Positions 20,289 through 27,388 of a DNA stretch of 64,000 nt are shown here, piece after piece. Made by a program: the position numbers and the translations under genes. Source of the stretch: Thermotogota bacterium (lineage in GTDB: Bacteria; Thermotogota; Thermotogae; Petrotogales; Petrotogaceae); assembly GCA_051748045.1 (NCBI GenBank), contig JBNJGY010000004.1, positions 15,309 to 79,308 of the forward strand, given 5' to 3'. Each line of letters starts with the position of its first letter. Position 1 is the stretch's first letter. The notes under the pieces were generated by a model. That model made no database searches and was not told the DNA's origin. It was given only the letters and a program-made list of their open reading frames with translations.

Positions 20289-21174
20289 CTTCTAAATCTA
20301 TTTCGACTTCTCCATCAAAATTTTCATCCAAAGCATATTTTAATGATATAAGTCCAATTTTTAATTGTTCAGTATCTGGTTCTCTTGTTGTTATCTTTTG
20401 CATCATTAATCCCGGAAAAGCTAACACTCTGCCAATTGGATTATTTATTATTTTTGCTGTAAATCTTTGAAATTCATAAGCAAGTCCTGCTACTAAAGGT
20501 AACAATACAACTCTAGAAATTACTTTTTCCCACATTGAGCTCCAACCTAATCCACCAGCTATTGAAAAAACAACAATTGATGCAAAAACAGTCAATAGAA
20601 TAAAGCTTGTTCCACATCTTGGGTGTAAAGTAGTAAAAGGTTGAGCGTTTTTTACTGTTAAATCTTGATTCTTTTCATAAGTATAAACACTTTTATGTTC
20701 AGCACCATGATATTCAAAAACTCTTTTAATATCTTTCATAAGAGAAATGGTATAAATATAACCTACAACTAAAATTGCTCTGATAATTCCTTCTAAAACA
20801 GCAAACCAAAATTCAGACTGGATATTAAAAGGTTTTGCTATTAAAACAGGTAAAATCCCGAATCCTCCTGCAGCTACTGCAACAGCAATTAATATTGCCC
20901 AGACCATATCTTTGTTTGTAATTTCTTCATCATCTTCTCCTGAAACTTTCGCGGAATAAGATAAAGCGTTCATTCCAATAATCATAGCATGCAATAAAAC
21001 AAAAAAACCTCTAATTAAAGGTATTTTTTCAATTATACCCCATGATTTATCTTTTATCTTTTTTATAGCTACTTTTCCTTCTTTTGTCTTCACAGCAACA
21101 ACGGTATGAATACCTTTCATCATTACTCCCTCAATAACTGCTTGACCACCTACAAATTTAGGTTTGTTCATCAT
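20275..21174 (-). CDS. DUF1385 (YqhQ-like) membrane protein
   Basis: VGGQAVIEGVMM, FEYHGAEHK, LHPRCGTSF, TTREP. Confidence 0.92.
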   Translation of the reverse strand: MMNKPKFVGGQAVIEGVMMKGIHTVVAVKTKEGKVAIKKIKDKSWGIIEKIPLIRGFFVLLHAMIIGMNALSYSAKVSGEDDEEITNKDMVWAILIAVAVAAGGFGILPVLIAKPFNIQSEFWFAVLEGIIRAILVVGYIYTISLMKDIKRVFEYHGAEHKSVYTYEKNQDLTVKNAQPFTTLHPRCGTSFILLTVFASIVVFSIAGGLGWSSMWEKVISRVVLLPLVAGLAYEFQRFTAKIINNPIGRVLAFPGLMMQKITTREPDTEQLKIGLISLKYALDENFDGEVEIDLEEQAL

Positions 21175-21406
21175 CTACCAACCTCCTGGCTATCTCTTCG
21201 GCAACTCCATCCTCAGTAACCAGATAATAGAATTTTAAAGCTTCCTTATCCGTGCTATTACTTGAATATAGTAATTTTGATGCCTTTTCTCTTAATTCAT
21301 TTCTACCCTTTTTTGTCATATTTAAAACATCACGTATTATTACGATAAGCCGCGTGTCTCGATTACACGCGGCGACTATTTCATTAATTATTTTTTCATC
21401 GATCAT
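21158..21406 (-). CDS. Small hypothetical protein
   Basis: 82 aa; ATGA overlap with spoVS and overlap with the DUF1385 start, consistent with translational coupling. Confidence 0.7.
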   Translation of the reverse strand: MIDEKIINEIVAACNRDTRLIVIIRDVLNMTKKGRNELREKASKLLYSSNSTDKEALKFYYLVTEDGVAEEIARRLVDDEQT

Positions 21407-21684
21407 TCTTTATTTTCTTCCACCTGTTTTGCTGCTACTTTAAATTTTATTCCAGTTCTTGTTTCTTCACCGACTTCCACTTCAACAAATCCTGGAATAA
21501 CATATAACTCTTTTTCTTCAGTTTCAACAAATCTTCTTGCAATAGCGATTGCTTTTACTGCTTGGTTTACAGCCCCGGCTCCAATAGCCTGAATTTCAAC
21601 TTCATCAGTCTTTGATAAAACTCCTGCAATAGCTCCTGCAACTTTATTTGGTGCTGAAGAATGACTGACTTTTAATATTTCCAT
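21403..21684 (-). CDS. spoVS: SpoVS-family protein
   Basis: MEILKVS..S.PNKVAGAIAG...QAIGAGAVNQAVKAIAIAR. Confidence 0.95.
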   Translation of the reverse strand: MEILKVSHSSAPNKVAGAIAGVLSKTDEVEIQAIGAGAVNQAVKAIAIARRFVETEEKELYVIPGFVEVEVGEETRTGIKFKVAAKQVEENKE

Positions 21685-21760
21685 CTCGAGCTTTCCCCCT
21701 TCTTTTGTAAAATCTTATATATATATTTTACCATAGATTTAATACTTTTCAAAATTAATA

Positions 21761-23215
21761 TTATAGTAATGTAATTTTATTTTTGCCTTTTTTCTTTGAA
21801 TCATATAAAAAATCATCTGCTTTTTTTATACAATTATATATATTCTCATTTCTTTTATAAACAGCTCCAGCTGAGAAGGTTGATTTTGTGTTCTCATTAA
21901 ATTCGTCTTGAATATTTTTTATTATGTCATACATGACATCTTCTTCAACACTCGTCAAAAAGAGTACAAATTCATCTCCTCCATATCTAAAGACATTATC
22001 AGTTTTTCTAATATACTTAAATACAATTTCAGAGAAAGTCATTAATATTTTGTCTCCATAATCGTGGCCATTTTCATCATTTAATACTTTAAAATCATCG
22101 AGGTCTATCATTACTATACCTAAATTTTTTTCATCAGATAGAGCTATTTTGTCTAAATATTTTTCGAAACTATTTCTATTTCCAAATTTAGTCAAAACAT
22201 CTTTATCAGCTTCAAATCTCAATGATTCTATTGATATTTTATTTTCCCAAATAATAGAAGCTTGCTTTGATAAATAATCTAATATTTCTATTTGTTCTTC
22301 TGTTATTGGTTTAAAATTGTATCTGTTGTCACACATTATAAATCCAAATAATTTTTCATCAAAAATAATTGGACTTACTGCTATTTCTCCTGCTATATTC
22401 AATTTTTCAGGAGCTAAATCATCAATCATGCTTCCTGGAATTTTAATAGCTTTATTATCTTCAATAGCTTCTTTCATAAATTCATTATTCATTATTTTTT
22501 CTTCAGAGAAATTCAATTCTTGAATGTATTTTTCAAACTCAGAAAAAAAATCTGGGTCATAGTTTTCTAAAGTAGTTGAAATATCTACTCGTAAATCTGT
22601 AAATGATTGCCATGCTTTTTTCGCACTTTCTATATCTTTGTCTCCAATAGCTCTTAAAACTTTAAAATTATCTCCAACTTTTTTAAATAATATTGCTCTA
22701 TTAAAAGCTCCACCAAAACCTGCTGTTATTCCAGTTAGAATTGAAAATATCAACTTATCTATTGTTGTATTCATTTTGGTCGACTCTTCAACAATCATAT
22801 TTATGTTATTTAGTATATGAGCTAATTTACTACCTTTTAACAAAATCATTGTAACTATAGAAGCTACTGTATCTGACGATTGTTTAATCATATATGATAT
22901 TGTTTCATTCATCTCTTTTATAAGTATGTGATAAGGAATTTCTATAGAGTTTTGATCTGAATAAAAATATATTCTCTGTTCTTCAACTTGATCTATTTCA
23001 TGAACTCTATTTAAACTAAATGAATTAAAAGCTTGATTTGCCCGAATCATTTGATAAATTGTTTCTGGCACCTTTTCGGCCTCATTGTGAATAAAAATAT
23101 CCATACCAAAAGACCCATAAAAACTTTTATCTAAATTTGTCAGTAAATACATAAGACCAGGATCAATATAAGCTGCAATTATTCTATGTTTATATTTTTC
23201 ATAATTAAAATTCAT
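21761..23215 (-). CDS. GAF-GGDEF diguanylate cyclase
   Basis: FNRAILF / GFIMCDN GAF-like region; DLDDFK.LND..GH; RKTD I-site; RYGGDEF. Confidence 0.88.
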   Translation of the reverse strand: MNFNYEKYKHRIIAAYIDPGLMYLLTNLDKSFYGSFGMDIFIHNEAEKVPETIYQMIRANQAFNSFSLNRVHEIDQVEEQRIYFYSDQNSIEIPYHILIKEMNETISYMIKQSSDTVASIVTMILLKGSKLAHILNNINMIVEESTKMNTTIDKLIFSILTGITAGFGGAFNRAILFKKVGDNFKVLRAIGDKDIESAKKAWQSFTDLRVDISTTLENYDPDFFSEFEKYIQELNFSEEKIMNNEFMKEAIEDNKAIKIPGSMIDDLAPEKLNIAGEIAVSPIIFDEKLFGFIMCDNRYNFKPITEEQIEILDYLSKQASIIWENKISIESLRFEADKDVLTKFGNRNSFEKYLDKIALSDEKNLGIVMIDLDDFKVLNDENGHDYGDKILMTFSEIVFKYIRKTDNVFRYGGDEFVLFLTSVEEDVMYDIIKNIQDEFNENTKSTFSAGAVYKRNENIYNCIKKADDFLYDSKKKGKNKITLL

Positions 23216-23231
23216 TTTATCAACCTCTTAA

Positions 23232-23272
23232 AAAAGACTTCGGATACATAATAATTATACCCGAAGTCTTTT
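23232..23272 (-). terminator. Terminator after the oxidoreductase alpha gene
   Basis: AAAAGACTTCGG...CCGAAGTCTTTT inverted repeat. Confidence 0.75.
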
Positions 23273-23289
23273 AAAAATAAAAATATTGA

Positions 23290-24447
23290 TTACATTTCAG
23301 TAATTTGAATCCATGTTTTAATTATTGATTTTAATATTTCATCTGGTGTAAATAACTCTCCATTTGTTTTTGTTAGTGACTCTATATGTTTATTATTTTT
23401 GTTCAATTTGGACATTTCGTGAACATATTGGCCCAAATTCAATTCGGGAACAATAACAGCTGTTGTATTTCTAAAAATTCTTTTAATTCTAGAAGTTGGA
23501 ACAGGCCACATTGTTATTGGTTTGAATAAGCCAACGGGAATTTTATCTGCTCTTGCTTTTTTCACAGCTCTCAATGCACTTCTTGCAGTTGAACCATAAG
23601 CGACGACAACAATTTCAGCATCATGAAGCATGTATTCATCGTAAATAGAAATTTCTTCTGTATATAATCTAATCTTAGAATCTAAATGGTCTATCATTTT
23701 TTGTGACATATTAGGATTTCTTACAGGAAATCCTGTTTCATCATGAACTAGGCCAGAAACATGGAACCTTGTTTTACCCATTTCTGCCAAAGGATTTATA
23801 GCAGATGAATCTTCTACGTCAAAAGGATGGAACAATTCTTCGTCTTCAATGTCTTTTTCTTTTATTCTTTCTATATTTTCTGGATATTCATCCTCATAGT
23901 CTAGATAAAAACTTTCTCTCATATGTCCAAGAGTTTCATCCATTAGTAATACAACTGGAGTTCTATATTTCTCTGCATAGTTAAATGCAGTTATTGTATG
24001 TTTGTAAACTTCTTCAACAGTTGAAGGGTAAATAACTATTATTTGATGGTCTCCATGTGTCCCCCATCTAACTTGCATTATGTCACCTTGTGCTGGTTTT
24101 GTTGGCATTCCGGTACTAGGTCCGCCTCTCATAACATCTACAAAAACACAAGGAGTTTCAGTCATAATACCATAACCTAAAGCTTCTTGCATTAAAGAAA
24201 AACCAGGTCCACTAGTAGCTGTCATCGATTTTTTCCCAGCTAGTGAAGCACCAACAATAGCTGCTGCACTTGCGATTTCATCTTCCATTTGTATAAAAGT
24301 TCCGCCTACTTTTGGAAGTTCACGAGCCATAGTTTCTGCAACTTCAGTGGATGGAGTAATTGGGTACCCTGCAAAGAACCTACATCCAGCTGTAACAGCT
24401 GCTTTCGCTGCGGCTTCATTACCTTGCATAAAATACATTTTTCCCAT
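23290..24447 (-). CDS. 2-oxoacid:ferredoxin oxidoreductase alpha subunit (KorA/VorA-like)
   Basis: GNEA, FFAGYPITPS, QMEDEI, TATSGPGFSLMQE, MRGGPSTG.PT. Confidence 0.92.
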   Translation of the reverse strand: MGKMYFMQGNEAAAKAAVTAGCRFFAGYPITPSTEVAETMARELPKVGGTFIQMEDEIASAAAIVGASLAGKKSMTATSGPGFSLMQEALGYGIMTETPCVFVDVMRGGPSTGMPTKPAQGDIMQVRWGTHGDHQIIVIYPSTVEEVYKHTITAFNYAEKYRTPVVLLMDETLGHMRESFYLDYEDEYPENIERIKEKDIEDEELFHPFDVEDSSAINPLAEMGKTRFHVSGLVHDETGFPVRNPNMSQKMIDHLDSKIRLYTEEISIYDEYMLHDAEIVVVAYGSTARSALRAVKKARADKIPVGLFKPITMWPVPTSRIKRIFRNTTAVIVPELNLGQYVHEMSKLNKNNKHIESLTKTNGELFTPDEILKSIIKTWIQITEM

Positions 24448-24460
24448 TTATAACACCACC

Positions 24461-24685
24461 CTAATCATTTTTGTCTTTGTTTGGTCTTTCTACAATATTA
24501 ATTGCAAAATCTGGACAAATTCTTTCACATTGCATACATCCTATACATTTATCATGATCAGGAATTTCTGGCTTTCCATAATCCCCACCAATTATTGTTT
24601 GTGTAGGACATATCCAATAACAAAGTCCGCATTTTTTACAATAACCTCTGTTTATTTCCACATTATAACTTTTTTTGGCTGGCAT
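24461..24685 (-). CDS. 2[4Fe-4S] ferredoxin / oxidoreductase delta subunit
   Basis: CKKCGLC...CP and CIGCMQCERICPDFAI. Confidence 0.92.
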   Translation of the reverse strand: MPAKKSYNVEINRGYCKKCGLCYWICPTQTIIGGDYGKPEIPDHDKCIGCMQCERICPDFAINIVERPNKDKND

Positions 24686-24704
24686 TGATGCACCTCCAAT
24701 AAAA

Positions 24705-25844
24705 TTATGCTATTAAGCTTATAAAAACTCCTGCTGCTACCGCAGAGCCAATTACTCCGGCAACATTAGGACCCATTGCATGCATTAAAATAAAATTGTT
24801 TGGATCTTCTGAATTTCCTACTTGTTGTGCTACTCTTGCAGCATTAGGTACTGATGAAACTCCTGCTGCTCCTATTAAAGGATTGATTTTTTCTTTTGAA
24901 AAAAGATTCATGAGCTTTGCGAAAAGAATTCCTGAAGCTAGCGCTATAATAAAAGCAGTGGCTCCCAATAAAATAATTTTTAATGTTTCAGCCGTTAAAA
25001 AGATATCTGCTTTTGCAGAAGCTCCTACAGATAACATAAGCAATATTGTAACTGTATCAAGTATAAATCTTGAAGCTGCTTCTGCTAATCTACCTGTAAC
25101 CCCTGATTCTTTTAATAAATTTCCAAGCATTAACATTCCAACTAATGGTAAAGCAGCTGGAACAAATAAAGCAACTATCGCTGTAGTCAATACTGGAAAA
25201 ATGATTTTTTCTCTTTTACTAACAGTTCTGAGCCTTTTCATTCTAATTTTTCTTTCTTCTTTTGTTGTTAATAGTTTTGATACTAATGGTTGTAAAATAG
25301 GGATTAAAGAAATATATGAGTAAGCTGCTACAGCAATTACAGATAATAATTGCGGAGCGAACTTTGTAGAAAGATAAATCGCTGTTGGACCATCAGCTCC
25401 ACCGATAATTGCGATAGCTGCTGCAACTGGCACGTCAAATCCTAGAGAAATAGCCACTAAAAATGAAATGAATATTCCTGTTTGCGCTGCAGCTCCTAAT
25501 AATACCAATTTAGGATTGGCTAATAAATAAGAAAAATCAGTAATAGCCCCAATACCTAAAAATATTAGAGGTGGGTATATCCCTAATTTCATACCCTGCA
25601 TTATATACCATAATAAACCTCCAATTTGATCTCCATTAGCAGGATCTAGTATTCCTGTCAATTCAGGAGGGAAATTTGCTATAATCATTCCAAACCCCAA
25701 TGGAATTAACAAAAGTGGTTCAGCATGTTTAGCTATTGCTACCCAAATTATCAACGCTCCTAAAACCATCATAAAAACACTTTGCCATGTTAAATAAGCA
25801 AATCCACTATTCGCAAAAAATGAAAATATAGCTGAAAGCTCCAT
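24705..25844 (-). CDS. oadB: Na+-translocating decarboxylase beta subunit (OadB/GcdB family), downstream copy
   Basis: EPLLLIPLGFG, IIGGADGPT, AAYSY, INPLIG, MHAMGPNVAGVIGS. Confidence 0.92.
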   Translation of the reverse strand: MELSAIFSFFANSGFAYLTWQSVFMMVLGALIIWVAIAKHAEPLLLIPLGFGMIIANFPPELTGILDPANGDQIGGLLWYIMQGMKLGIYPPLIFLGIGAITDFSYLLANPKLVLLGAAAQTGIFISFLVAISLGFDVPVAAAIAIIGGADGPTAIYLSTKFAPQLLSVIAVAAYSYISLIPILQPLVSKLLTTKEERKIRMKRLRTVSKREKIIFPVLTTAIVALFVPAALPLVGMLMLGNLLKESGVTGRLAEAASRFILDTVTILLMLSVGASAKADIFLTAETLKIILLGATAFIIALASGILFAKLMNLFSKEKINPLIGAAGVSSVPNAARVAQQVGNSEDPNNFILMHAMGPNVAGVIGSAVAAGVFISLIA

Positions 25845-25891
25845 ATTTTACCTCCCGATATTCTAAATAAATATTTTTTGCTTCTTTTACT

Positions 25892-25920
25892 ATTATAAAA
25901 GCATATGAAAAATATTTCAA
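25892..25920 (-). promoter_or_regulatory. Promoter of the downstream oadB copy
   Basis: TTGAAA-N17-TATAAT on the minus strand; near-identical to 27273-27301. Confidence 0.7.
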
Positions 25921-25964
25921 CCTTAGATTTAAGCATTTTAAAAGCACCAGACCCGTTTATTAAG

Positions 25965-25991
25965 AAAAAAGTGAGGATAATTTCCCCACTT
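25965..25991 (-). terminator. Terminator between the oadB copies (copy of the ppdK terminator)
   Basis: Minus-strand AAGTGGGGA...TCCTCACTT plus T-run, with one G-U pair. Confidence 0.7.
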
Positions 25992-26089
25992 CAATATATT
26001 TAAGAAATTGCTTATTTCATACTATTTTATTAATTAGAATATTTTTTGTTTTCTAAATCAGCTTTAATAACATTATAGGTTTTTAACAT

Positions 26090-27232
26090 TTAGGCTATTA
26101 GACTTATAAAAACTCCTGCTGCTACAGCTGAACCTATAACCCCTGCAACATTTGGCCCCATTGCATGCATTAAAATAAAATTATTTGGATCTTCTTTTTG
26201 AGCTATTGTTTGAGCAACTCTGGCTGAATCAGGCACTGCCGATACCCCTGCTGCTCCTATTAAAGGATTAATTTTATCCTTTGAAAAGTAATTCATGATT
26301 TTAGCAAAGAATATACCTGAAGTCATGGCTATAATAAACGCTATTGCTCCTAAAGCTAAAATTTTTAAAGTATCAACTGTTAAGAAAATATCAGCTGTGG
26401 CTGAAGCTCCCACAGACACCATCAATAAAATTGTAACTGTATCTGCTATAAATCTTGAAGCTGCTTCTGCTAATCTACCTGTAACTCCAGATTCTTTTAA
26501 TAAATTTCCAAGCATCAACATACCAACTAACGGTAAAGCAGCTGGAACAATTAAAGTTACAATAACAGTCGTTAGTACAGGAAAAATTATTTTTTCTTTT
26601 TTACTAACTGATCTTAATCTTTTCATTTTTATTTTTCTTTCTTCTTTTGAAGTCAGCATTTTTGATACTATCGGTTGTAATATAGGTATTAAAGAGATAT
26701 ATGAATATGCTGCAACAGCTATTACAGACAAAATCTCTGGAGCAAATTTTGTAGCTATATAAATTGATGTAGGTCCATCAGCACCACCAATAATTGCAGT
26801 CGCTGCTGCTTCAAATAAACCAAAACCCATCAGTGTTGTTGCGGAAATGAAGGTAATAAAAATCCCAACTTGAGCAGCTGCTCCCAAAATAATTAATTTT
26901 GGATTCGCTATCAAATATGAAAAGTCAGTTAATGCACCTATTCCCAAAAATATTAAAGGTGGGTATATCCCTAAATCCATCCCTTGTTTAATATACCACA
27001 AGAGACCTCCAACCTGGCCATCTGCTGGTGGAGTTAACATCCCCGTAGCCTCGGGGGGAATATTTGCCATAATCATTCCAAATCCTAATGGAATTAAAAG
27101 AAGTGGTTCAGCATGTTTAGCAATAGCAACCCAGATAATTAGTCCCCCTAAAACTATCATAAAGGCTCCTTGCCAAGTTAAAAAAGCAAACCCACTATTT
27201 GAAAAAAAAGAAAATATAGCTGAAAGTTCCAT
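26090..27232 (-). CDS. oadB: Na+-translocating decarboxylase beta subunit (OadB/GcdB family), upstream copy
   Basis: Same motifs as the other copy; VSAVPDSARV. Confidence 0.92.
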   Translation of the reverse strand: MELSAIFSFFSNSGFAFLTWQGAFMIVLGGLIIWVAIAKHAEPLLLIPLGFGMIMANIPPEATGMLTPPADGQVGGLLWYIKQGMDLGIYPPLIFLGIGALTDFSYLIANPKLIILGAAAQVGIFITFISATTLMGFGLFEAAATAIIGGADGPTSIYIATKFAPEILSVIAVAAYSYISLIPILQPIVSKMLTSKEERKIKMKRLRSVSKKEKIIFPVLTTVIVTLIVPAALPLVGMLMLGNLLKESGVTGRLAEAASRFIADTVTILLMVSVGASATADIFLTVDTLKILALGAIAFIIAMTSGIFFAKIMNYFSKDKINPLIGAAGVSAVPDSARVAQTIAQKEDPNNFILMHAMGPNVAGVIGSAVAAGVFISLIA

Positions 27233-27272
27233 TTTTTACCTCCCCAATATTTTAAAATTCGATACTTATACA

Positions 27273-27301
27273 ATTATAAAAGCATATGAAATTTTTTTCA
27301 A
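27273..27301 (-). promoter_or_regulatory. Promoter of the upstream oadB copy
   Basis: TTGAAA-N17-TATAAT on the minus strand. Confidence 0.7.
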
Positions 27302-27344
27302 CCTTGAACTGAACCATTAACAGAGACTTAAATTATATTAATAT

Positions 27345-27372
27345 AAAAAAAGTGGGGAAAAAATCCCCACTT
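27345..27372 (-). terminator. ppdK terminator
   Basis: AAGTGGGGA...TCCCCACTT stem with a minus-strand T-run. Confidence 0.85.
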
Positions 27373-27388
27373 CAATTTATTTATCAAT

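Noticed and set aside
21403..21684. spoVS as evidence for sporulation
   Set aside because: SpoVS homologues are known in non-sporulating lineages, and no other sporulation gene is present.
26030..26089. 19-codon ORF MLKTYNVIKADLENKKYSN directly after the upstream oadB stop, as an oadG or ppdK remnant
   Set aside because: No SD, no TM segment, and only vague similarity to the PpdK tail.
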